From NCBI RefSeq assembly GCF_009914755.1, contig NC_060925.1: a stretch of 64,000 nt of DNA. The stretch is one strand, 5' to 3'. Position 1 is the stretch's first letter. Each line of letters begins with the position of its first letter. This stretch comes from the human T2T-CHM13v2.0 reference genome, Homo sapiens. The position numbers and the translations under genes were made by a program. Below the pieces are notes generated by a model. The model made no database searches. It was not told the DNA's origin and saw only the letters and a list, made by a program, of their open reading frames with translations. Shown piece after piece: positions 52,568 through 64,000 of this stretch.

Positions 52568-53437
52568 TGAGATGAAGGTCGAAATTACTCCTTGATCCAT
52601 GGGCTGCAGAATGAATGTTGTGTTAGCAGGCATGAAAGCAACATTAATCTTCTTGTACATCTCCATCAGAGCTCTTGGGTGACCAGGTGCATTGTCAATG
52701 AGCAGTAATATTTTAAAAGGAATCTCTTTTTCAGAGCAGTAGGTCTCAACAGTGGGCTTAAAATATTCAAGAAACTATGCTGTAAAACAGATGTGCTGTC
52801 ATCTAGTCTTTTTTGTTTCACTTATAGAACACAGTAGATTTAGCATAATTCTCAAGGGCCCTGGGATTTTCAGGATGGTAAATGAGTATTGGCTTGAACT
52901 TAAAGGCACAAGCTGCATTAGCTGCTACCAAGAAAGTCAGTCTGTCCTTTGAAGCTTTGAAGCCAGGCATTGACCTCTCTCTAGCTATAAAAGCCCTAGG
53001 TGGCATCTTCTGAAATAAGACTGTTTCATCTACATGGAAAATCTGTTGCTTATTGTAGCCCCTTCATCAATGATCTTAGCTTATCCGATGATCTTAGATC
53101 TTCTGGGTAACTTGCTGCAGCTTCTACATCAGCACTTGCTGCTTCACCTTGCACTTTTATGTTACAGAGATGGCTTCTTTCCTCAAGCCTCATGAACAAA
53201 CCTCTGCTAGTTTCAAACTTCTTCCATAGCTTCCTCACTTTTCTTAGCCTTCATGGAAGTGAAGGGAGTTAGGGCCTTGCTCTGGATTGGGCTTTGGCTT
53301 AAGAGAATTTGTGACTGGTCTGATCTTCTATCCAGACCACTAAAACTTTCTCCAAATCAGCAATAAGGTTGTTTTGCTTTCTTATCATTCATGTGTTCAC
53401 GGAAGTGACACTTTTAATTTCCTTCAAGAACTTTTCA

Positions 53438-53755
<318 letters not shown>

Positions 53756-55156
53756 TTAGTTATAGTCACAACTTGACTAATTGTTGGCCCAAAAGGCCTA
53801 GCTTTCAGCCTATCTCGGCTTTTGACATGCCTTCCTCACCACACTTGGTTATTTCTAGCTTTTGATTTAAAAGTGAGAGATGTGGGACTCTTCCTTTCAC
53901 TTGAACACTTAGAGACCACTGTAGGATTATTAATTGGCCTAATTTCAATATTGTTGTGTCACAGGAAATAGGAAGACCCAAAGAGAGAGACATGGGAAAT
54001 GGCTGGTCAGTGGAGAAGTCAGAACACACATAACATTTATCAATTAAGTCAGCTTCTTTATATGGATACAGTTTGTGGCACCCTAAACCAATTACAATAA
54101 TAACATAAAATAACACTGATCATCGCTCTCCATAACAGATGTAATATGAAAATCTAAAATATTGTGAGCATTAACAAAATGTGACGTAGAGACATGAAGT
54201 AAGCACATGCTGTTGGAAAAATAATGCTGACAGATGTGCTCAATGCAAGGTTGCCACAAACCTTCAATTTGTAAACACACATTGTGTGCAAAGCAGAATA
54301 AAGTGAGTCACAATAAATGAGATATGCCTGTACATAAAAATCCAGCAAATTTGGAATAAACTAAATAACTGCAAAACTAACTTACCTTACCAGACAAATA
54401 ACATCATCTACTGCTGGGGACAAGTTGGTATGCTTTGCTCTTGAGCATAACACTCATAAAAATATCCATGGATAGTCTTAGGTGGAAAGTTCCCAAGTAA
54501 AGGAGTTTCTATGCATATTTAATCTCATTCTACATCCTGTTTTTTGAGCAGAAGGGCTCTTATTTTTATCTGTGTTACCAGTACTTCCCACTGTGCCTGA
54601 CATGTTGTGGGCAATAAACATTTGTTGAAAGAATGAAGAAAAATGGAAAGTACAAATGTACAAATTTATACCCTGAAGACCTTGTTTTTCTCTGTGCACT
54701 CTGAAATATCACCACTGGGAGGCAGCACATGATTTAATAACAGCTTATCTCCCCTCCGAAGAAGACACACTTAAATGATACTATATTTATAAACATGGTG
54801 GTTCCAGGCATTTCATAGTTACAAATAGAAGGAAAAGATGATATTCTGACCTTTAAAGATACTACTTTAATGTCTCTAAGGCCAGTTATGCGTTCAATAT
54901 TATCTCTTCCTGCAGCTTCAAAACATCTAGGTATAATAATAACTCTGAAAACGTATGGAAATGAGTTCTCAATAATAATTAGATGCTATTGTGGCTGATG
55001 AGAATTAACTGAAATTATTGTTACCATCTCTAACTGTCATAATAAAAAGACATGCCTTGTGTTTATCTAGGTAATTCAAAGACTGGTCAGCAAGCAAATT
55101 TGCAAGATGTTTTTAAGAAAAAAATGAATTTCATTAAAGAGTAAATATGTTCTAAC

Positions 55157-55559
<403 letters not shown>

Positions 55560-56430
55560 TAATATTAGTTAGTTTGTTAAGTGTTCTCACCAGTGGTTTA
55601 CGCCAGACTTTCTTTTATTACATTACTTTTCATCTACCTTTCTTTCTAAAACTTTATAACTCTCTGGGACACGTTTTGCCAATTGAATTTTTTTCTCCAT
55701 AAATGCCAGCAAGCTGGTAAAACACATAGACAGCAAGAATATTTTTTATATTTAAAAAATAAAACTGTAGCATTCACTTTACAATGAGATCACGTGTCTA
55801 GAAGGGTTGTCATTGTAAACTAGGGAAAGTCTGATGACAGACAACTGAAACCCATCCATGTGTAATATTGTGATATATACCCCAAAAATGTATTGTGCCA
55901 GGTATATGGCACTGGTAATTAAAATTATAAATTTACTTTTTGGGTATCTCACATATTTATCTTTAAAGATTTCAAAGGATTTGAGTGAAGCTGTTTATCA
56001 ATAGAAAATATGCCCAGGTTTTTCTAAACCAGTATTCTGAACTGATATTGGCAATTCCCCAATTTTAAAACATAAAACTGTTTTATTTCTAAAAATTTGC
56101 CAAGCTCATATTCTGGTTTAATGCTATTTGCCCATACCTGCAAGCATTTTAAATATTTTCTCTTTTCCTTTTTTCTTTTCTCAAGGAATAAATATCTTAT
56201 TTTTTCTATTCAACATTTTCCTTCTTTTTTGTTCTCTCCTTTTTTCTAACCCATTTCATTCTAATGTGGGAACTATCAGATCTCAGATTTTTATAATACA
56301 GGTTTTAAAAAGTAAACATTTCCTATACTTTTTTATGATGTTATAGTCTTAATTGATGCACAGTCAGCCTTCCAAGGCACAGAAAGCAATAGACTAATTA
56401 TTTTACCTCTGCATGATAAGAATTTCCAGG

Positions 56431-56691
56431 CTTCACATGTCCTCACTTATCAGTGGGAGCTAAATGATGAGAATTCATGAACACAAAGAGGGGAACGACA
56501 GATACTGGGGCCTACGTGAGGGTTGAGGGTGGAAGGAGGGAGAGGAGCAGAAAAGATAACTATTGGGTACTAGGCTTAATACCTGAGTGATTAAATAATC
56601 TGTACAACAAACTCCCGTGACACAAGTTCACCTATATAACAAACCTTCACATGTACCCCCTAACTTAAAATAATAGTTTAAAAAAAAAAAA
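56431..56691 (+). mobile_element. L1PA 3' end, short 5'-truncated insertion
   Basis: cacatgtcctcacttatcagtgggagctaaatgatgag...aaccttcacatgtacccc plus A tail; flanks aatttccagg / aattaccagg. Confidence 0.88.
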
Positions 56692-56782
56692 TTACCAGGT
56701 TTCCAGCAAAATATAGAAAATTTACTCCTCAAAGCCCCAGTTCCTCTCTAAAACTAATTCCAAGTTTTATGGGTTTTTACTG

Positions 56783-57090
56783 GTTTTTGTTTTGTTTTGT
56801 TTTTTGAGACAGAGTCTTGCTCTGTTGCCCAGGCTAGAGTGCAATGGCATGATCTCAGCTCACTGCAACCTCTACCTTCCTTTCGAGCTGTGCTTGTGCC
56901 TCAGCCTCCCAAGTAGCTGGGATCTCAGGTATGTGCCACCATGCCCAGCTAATTTTTTAAAATATATTTTAGTAGAGATGGGGTTTTGCCATGTTACCTA
57001 GGCTGGTCTTGAACTCCTGGCCTCAAGTGGTCTGCCCACTTCGGCCTCCCAAAGTGCTGGGATTACAGGCGTGAGCCACCACTGCCAGCC
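56783..57090 (-). mobile_element. Alu (AluJ/S-like)
   Basis: Reverse Alu with TSD ccaagttttatg. Confidence 0.9.
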
Positions 57091-57147
57091 CCAAGTTTTA
57101 TGATTTATTGATTACTTGTAGCATCCCACTTCCAGGTAGCAAACTCT

Positions 57148-57560
57148 GCATTAGTTAGACTTTCTATCAGATCTACTGCTGCATATAATAATAAACATTA
57201 GTTTAAACAAAATAGAAATTTATTTTTCTCTTACATAAAATAAGTCTGAAGAGAGGAAGTTCAGAGGCTTCTTTCTTATCTGTAATCTGCAAGGTCACCT
57301 CAAGACCCAAGATAGTGCTGAGCTCTGGAATATCCACATTCCAGTCACAAAGAAGGGTCAAAACAGGCTCCTATAGGCTGCATTAGTTCTTTTGAGGAAC
57401 CTCTCAGAATTTCCACACAACAGTTCCACTTACATCTCATTCACTCATAAGCCACATAGGCCACAATAGCACAAAAAGAGACTGAGAATTTGTCTTTAGT
57501 CTGCACAGGAATATTCCTACAAATGTAGGATTCTGTTACCAAGGAAGAAGGAAAGAACAA
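57148..57560. mobile_element. Probable MLT1-type MaLR LTR
   Basis: tagtttaaacaaaatagaaatttatttttctcttacata and ttccacttacatctcatt...cacataggccac motifs. Confidence 0.5.
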
Positions 57561-59053
57561 CTTTAGAAAGTAAATAAGAGTCCCTGACACGATGTTCATT
57601 ATAATTTTCTTTATAATAGTAGAATATTGGAAATAGCCTAAAAGGCATGGATGATACATGGTTAAATGAAATCCAGAATGTGTATGTATTAAGTACTGTC
57701 TTGATATTTAAAGTATTGTTTGCTATTTATTGACATGGAAAGTTATCCATGATACATTTTAAATTTTTTTAAAGCATCTATAATATGAGCCCATATGTAA
57801 AATCAAATGTCTGAAATGATTTTTGTTAATGTTAACAGGGGTTAGAGAACAACTGAGGTTAATAATTTTTTGTAATTTTACTTTCTTCTCTATGTTTTTC
57901 TGTATGTTTTGAATTTGTAAAATGAGCATACACTGTTTATATGATTCCTATGGAAATAAAAGGGCACTGAACAAATTTATCTACAATAACTCAAAAAAAG
58001 TCAATCTGCAAAACTTTCTATTTGCACACCAATCTTCAACCAGTGGGATTTTTAAGCTGCCCTTATGACATTTACCAGTTTCATAATGATAATAATATTA
58101 AGTGCACTGATTGTCAATCTTCAGTAACTGATAGTGAAGACAGTTTATAAAAATCCTTATTTGCTTTTTTGTCTTGGAATTTTCACTCCAGCTAATTTGA
58201 GTTTTGTACCACCTCTTCTTCTCCATGAATTTTTAATATGGTGTTCAGTAGAAAAGAAATTGAGTTTTTATGAATACCTTCTGTATTATGCAAGTAAGTT
58301 TTAATTGCAGTGATTAATTATTTCATTGTCCCTATTTTCATTCTGTCTGTTATAATCATACTTGGGACTTTGTCACTAAGAGGTAAACAGGACATTTGAA
58401 ATCTGTCTGCCTTTTATACATGTACATTAAGCCCTTTGCCTCATTCCCTTTATCTCTGAAATGGGTAGAATAATGAATCTTTTACTTACCTCAAAGGATA
58501 TTGTGAAAGTAAAATGAGATAATTTATGGGAAATGTTTTACAAAGTTAAAAGTAGCATATATAGTAATGGAGCAGACTGACTTATCTTAGAATCAAGGGG
58601 TTTATGTAACATTGGGTTTTTTAAGCAGCAGTAATCATCTTTGGTATTGCCCACAACACCTGCAGCCAGTGTGGCCAAACAGGCTGGTTGCTACTTCAAA
58701 GGGCAGCAGTAAATTGAGGAAGGCAGGTGTTATAAGAATAAAGATTAAGTCACTCATCCAGAAATCCACCATGAAAAAAGCAGCCAGAATTTCTTCCATC
58801 ATTTTCTTGGGCTGAGTGGGTAAACCCTAATTTATCATGTAAGTTGTATTGCATTAAAGGATTTTTAAAAATAGATTACCCGTGATTTTCTTAAAATATC
58901 GATTTGCAAGAAGTTCATTAATTCCAAACAGCGTAGAACTAAGTATTTTAAATTCCTTGCAAGAAAAAAGATCCCCAAAGATTAAGAGCAAATATCTATT
59001 TTTTATTTAATTAAAGCAAAAACATAGCCTGCTTAGAAAAGTGGTCACTCTGA

Positions 59054-59092
59054 ACACACACACACACAAACACACACCCACACACACACACA
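59054..59092. repeat. (CA)n microsatellite, interrupted
   Basis: acacacacacacacaaacacacacccacacacacacaca. Confidence 0.9.
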
Positions 59093-59919
59093 TGCTATTA
59101 TATCCTCCCCTTTGAAATGACATCTGTCTTAAAGTTCATTTTCACAGGTGGAGAAAATTGAGGGTGCAGCATTCTGAGACTGTCATTAGTTACAGCTGAA
59201 TTTCCTCTGAACTAAGTTGAATTAAGTAGTGCTGGAGAGACAGTGGGGCCTCCTCTTTGCTTGGGTCTCCTGTTTAGCACCAGGATAAGCTCATATTGCC
59301 TTGATAACGAAACCAAAACCCTTTTTCGATGTTGAAAAGGCCGATTGATGCTTATTAATGTATTATAGTTTTGGTGAATTGCGGTTTCCTCTACCACGTA
59401 GATGAGTTTCTCATTTTTCTTTTTCATACTAAAGGGATTTTGTGAACTACATATAATAGTGAACTCTTTATAATACTCCATGTGTATATAGAGTTGTCTT
59501 CCAACATTTTAAGCTTCCTCATATGTCCCCCAGCCCTGTTTGTGAGCTTTATCTACTTTGAGGAGAGGCTTTATATCAGTGGTGGAGATGCGATTGGCAA
59601 TGGATTTTGAAGTATGTACTGTTACCCCATACACATACATCAACCCAGGATCGCTTTCTGGATAATTTGATGACCTGGGTAACTGCCCTGGGCTTCAGCC
59701 ATCACATTGAGACCTGCTCCAAATAATTCCTCTGCATCTTAATATTTCCATCTCTAAAATGTTTTGGACTTTCAATATGCCACTAGGATATTTACATAAG
59801 ACTTACTTGAAATTTTCTGAGAAAACTTCATCTTTGTAACATTTTAGCTTAAAGCAATATTGTATTTTGTTATTATTGTTATAATAATGACTAAAATTTG
59901 TTTTCTCCCTTGTTTTTAG

Positions 59920-60011
59920 TTCTATGAGTACTGTGTCTTATATGGAAGAACCCAGTCAGCGTGATGATATCTCTCGCCTTACAGTTCAGATGGAAAACAC
60001 CTATCAGTTGG
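59920..60011 (+). CDS. DYNLT5: DYNLT5 coding exon (D)[30 protein letters not shown](G)
   Basis: Branch-like tgactaa at 59888 and pyrimidine tract to tttag|T; donor G|gtgtgt; 92 nt, phase 2 to 1; ENTYQL is typical of the start of Tctex-1 domains. Confidence 0.93.
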
Positions 60012-61660
60012 GTGTGTTCTTTTATCTCTCACTCCTATTTTAAACTTCTAAATTGGTGACTGATTCTCTTAAAAATGATATTTGATAACCTGGCATTGTC
60101 TTCAATTCTAGCACAATATAAGGGACTTTAATGAATTGAGTGATTTGATGTTGCTTTAGTTTCTTCCTCAGCAAAAAGGTAACAACACTTGCTGTCTTAC
60201 TTTTCTTTACTAATGTTTCCCAAATGCCAAACAATTCACTGGGTGGCACTGATGCATACAGTATACTACTGACTTAACAAATTCACTGAGTATTTCTGGG
60301 TACATAGATATGACTTAAATGAAAGAGATAAGTATTGATATTTTATCCAACAAAACCAATCAGTGTTGTTAGGTGAAGGAAAAAAAAAAACTCAAAGCAA
60401 AGGCAAATGACTCATAGTCCCCTGTTGACAGAGACGTTTATCCATTACCACTGAGGTTTTGAGTCTTTGAAAACAAAGATCTTTGCACCTGCCGCTATAC
60501 TCCCAGGTGGAGTCCGTGGCAAATATCTTTTCCCATCCATGTTTCCTCATAGACCCACTTGTTTTCTCTAAAAGCGTACCTGCCCACTATTACCTGAATT
60601 CATACATAATTACTGCTATATGGAAATTCCACAGAGATTTACCAAGGGGCAAAGAAAGACTCTATGGGCCAAGGTGATTCCATCTGTGGCCAGTTAACCC
60701 CAAGAAAATTATAGACCATCAGCCTGTCCCCTCTGGCCTTGTAGCCAGTTTTCTACAGGAGTCCCCAAGACTACATGGATTACACGGCTCCATAATTAGC
60801 CAATCTACTGGTATTTTCACAGTGCCTGTGGTGGACAGCTAATATTCCTGCCATCCAATATACTTTTATACTTCTCTGGTAACCTCACTAAATTTCCTTT
60901 GAAATTCCACCAACATCACCACTTTTGATCCTAGCATTCTAATGAAGCTGGCACTGGCTTTATAGATAGAGCAGTGACTGATTCTAGGATGGCATATAAC
61001 CATGGTGAATCCAATCAAAGACTTTGAGATTAAATTCAGAAAATGTTGTTTGGCCTGTTGCAGAAGAACATAAAGCCCTGAAACTTGAAGGAATGTAGGG
61101 GCTCTGGCAGGATCTGCCACCTTGCCCTGACTTGAAACTGAGAGAAAACAACAGAATCCTGGTGTCATCATTTGAGTCCTAAATCCAATTGGCTACCCTT
61201 TAACTTTTCAGTTAGGCAAGCTAAGTTTGGGTCAGGTTTTCCCTCACTTGCAACTAAAAGTTCTTAGCCATGGGGTGTCTATGACTTTGAACTGTGCATG
61301 CTGGAAGGGTTTGAATCAGATTTGAACAAGACAGGGCCAGTGAAATGTGAATCTCTGTGTTTCTACATAAGGATATTTTTTGCAACTTGTTTTCTCAAAT
61401 AAAGCATCTTATCAGTTTTAGAAGTACTGAGTATGAACCACATTAGAAAAGTAATTTTAGAAAAAGCTTAGTATAGATGAAATATACCTGTATTTTCCTA
61501 CAATAGTCTATGTGAATTTTTTAATAATTAAAATATTTTATGCTTGACAATTCCCTTTTTATAGCATTCAACCAGCCATTTTATTAATACTTAATCAAAA
61601 CTGTGTTTCCACTTCTACTTGTTTCTGGGTTTATTTCACATATGAAAGGTATTTTGTGAG

Positions 61661-62080
61661 TGTATTAGTCCGTTTTTGCATTGCTATAAAGAAATACCTG
61701 AGACTGTAATTTATAAAGAAAACAGGTTTATTTGGCTCATGGTTCTAGAGACTATACAGGAAACGTGGTGCCAACATCTGCTTCTGGTAAGACCTCAGTA
61801 AGCTTTTAGGCATGGCAGAAGGGAAGGAGAGTTGGCATGTCACATGGCAAGAGAGGGAACAAGAGAGGTGCCAGGCTGTTTTAAACACCCAGCTCTCATG
61901 TGAACTAATAGAGGAAGAACTATAGAGCAAGAACTCAGTAATTACCGCTGGGACAGCACCAAGCCATTCATGAGGGATCCACCTTCCTGGCCCCAACACC
62001 TCCCACCAGGCCCCACCTCCAACACTGGGGATCACATTTCAATATGAGATTTGAAGGGGACAAATATCCAAACTATATCA
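61661..62080 (-). mobile_element. MST-family (MSTB-like) MaLR solo LTR
   Basis: Runs tgtattagtcc...aaactatatca, 420 nt, with 5-bp TSD gtgag / gtggg. Confidence 0.88.
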
Positions 62081-64000
62081 GTGGGACTTTGGTAAATAGT
62101 TTATCATATCTTTACAATGTAATACTGGCCAGAAAAGTAGAGGGAAATATCAGCCAATCACCAGCACTATTATGTTTAATTAATTTTTCATTCCATTCAA
62201 TAATGTTTGCCTCATCTAAACACATCTTAAATGAGAGCATTTACATAAATAATTACAGCTACAAAAAATGAGATGAAACATGAGTATCATTCATGAGAGG
62301 AGAAAAGGGAATAGAAAAGGAAAGTGTGTTTCTTTTAATAAAATACCATTTATATATTTCTCATTAATTACTAAAACAAATATAAAAGAAAATGCAGGCT
62401 GTGGCATCTGTCGTATCTGAATTTGAATACTAATTTTGCTAATTCCTTGAGCAAGGTATTTAGCATCATTGAATCTCAGTGTCTTCACTTGTAAATAGGG
62501 ATAATAGTCTATACATCACATGGATGCTATGAGACTCAAATGATGTTATATGTTTAAATCTCTCCATTCATCATGTTACTACTCCTGAAAGTGACTGACT
62601 CAAGGACCTTACTATAGATCACTAAGAATAAAAGCCTTCCATGATATTCATTGTAACTTCATATTAATTATGGAATAAGTTTTCCACAGGACTTTTTCTG
62701 GAACTGAGTATAGTGGCACCTGGTTGTTTGCAAACATGGACTGCGAGCACCGAGCCAAACTAGATTGGCGGCCATCTTTGCTACCACATCAAGACAGCCT
62801 GCCTTGAGAATGAAGCCAGCACAGTAGAAAGTAGATCCAAAATATTGAGAGAGAAAGAGAGAGATTATTTGAGTTCAGCTTCCATGAAGTGCTCAGGCCC
62901 TGTCTCTATGTCAGGTTTTCTTAGAGCCTGTCAATCTCTCAGCATTGATTTTACACCACCACATGGGGTCCTTCCTAATCCCACAGGCCTCACTGTCTCC
63001 AGACTTACGTCCTCTTTCATCTTGCTGCCTTCTCAGCAAGGTAAATCCCCAATTCTTCCTTCAGCATGCAATAACTACAATAACAGCAATAACACTAATA
63101 AGATCACATATCTAAGGAGTGTTTTATTGTGTGACAAGCACTGTTCTAAACATATTCAATTTATTGTCTCATTTAATTCTAACAAAAAAAAATGTAGTAA
63201 TTATTATTATTACCCCAATGTGGGGTAGTGGAGGCCCACATACATTAAGTAAACTTATCTTTATCTACTTTTTAAGGACAAGTTTTGTTTGTTTTTAAAA
63301 TTTTTTTTGTCTTGATCCTTCAGGTCTTTGCCTTTTGATTTCTAAAACACGTTTTTTCTCCTAAGGAAAAAAAAAATCTCGAGAAAGAAGAAAAGCTTTG
63401 CCATTCACATCAGTTTACTCTGAAAGTAGTTTTAGGAGCTTATTTCAGAAGTCAGAAACTGAACATTGATGGATGATTCTGGATGTTTAGGGGAAAGGTA
63501 ACAAAGAAGTAAGAAAAGAATACTTCATTACCATATTTCAAAGTATTTTCAAAACAGGATCTGGTTAATGACTTTTTTTTTAATCTAAGCGAAGTATGGA
63601 AAGGACATTGGTAGCACTGTACAACGGGAACTACTGGAAACAGACTCAAGTGCCACCAGGACCCTCTTTCCAGCACTAACCTATGTGCACTTTCTTCTCT
63701 TTTGGTGGCCTGGCCTCCTTACCACCATGAAAAACATGTCCTCCAGCAGGTCCTCAGAGTCACATGGTAACTTTTGCCACCAGAAAGAGGCTGACTCTTT
63801 TTTCCTACTTGCAGTTTAAAATAAAAATTCCAAAAAAAGACTCTCATTGTCCTGGCCTAGAGCATTGTCACCCTGGGTTAATCAACCATGCCCTAGGCTT
63901 GGGTTCGCAGGAGATGATGGGGAGATCTTTAAGAACCACTTTACCTATCTAGATTCAATCTCCACCCCCACCCTTCCACGATTTAAGTGGAATTCAACAA

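Overview
Primate genomic DNA, most likely human: it carries AluJ/S/Y, L1PA and MST elements, and the translated exons match human proteins as I recall them (1p31.3 from memory). Two genes lie in tandem on the + strand. (1) The 3' part of SGIP1: seven coding exons (9182-32622) splice in one consistent frame to give the C-terminal mu-homology domain (...[23 protein letters not shown]...[13 protein letters not shown]). The 3' UTR has a proximal poly(A) site near 34.6 kb and a probable distal one near 40.65 kb. (2) The 5' part of DYNLT5 (TCTEX1D1): a CpG-rich promoter with RFX X-box-like motifs, non-coding exon 1, and coding exons 2 and 3; the gene continues past the window. The rest is intronic or intergenic and rich in repeats, including Alus, L1, L2, MIR, MADE1, MER58, an MST LTR and a full-length Tigger1 carrying four nested retroelements. 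Almost all ORFs in the supplied track are spurious. I find no clear evidence of a new multi-gene system. The most interesting unexplained signals are structural: a perfect 45-bp intronic inverted repeat with a competing third arm and RBFOX motifs, two further direct/inverted/direct triplets near SGIP1 exons, two adjacent 27-nt-period arrays, several local duplications, candidate unannotated or poison exons, and an older Tigger-family transposase fossil beside Tigger1. Repeat boundaries and subfamily calls are by eye.
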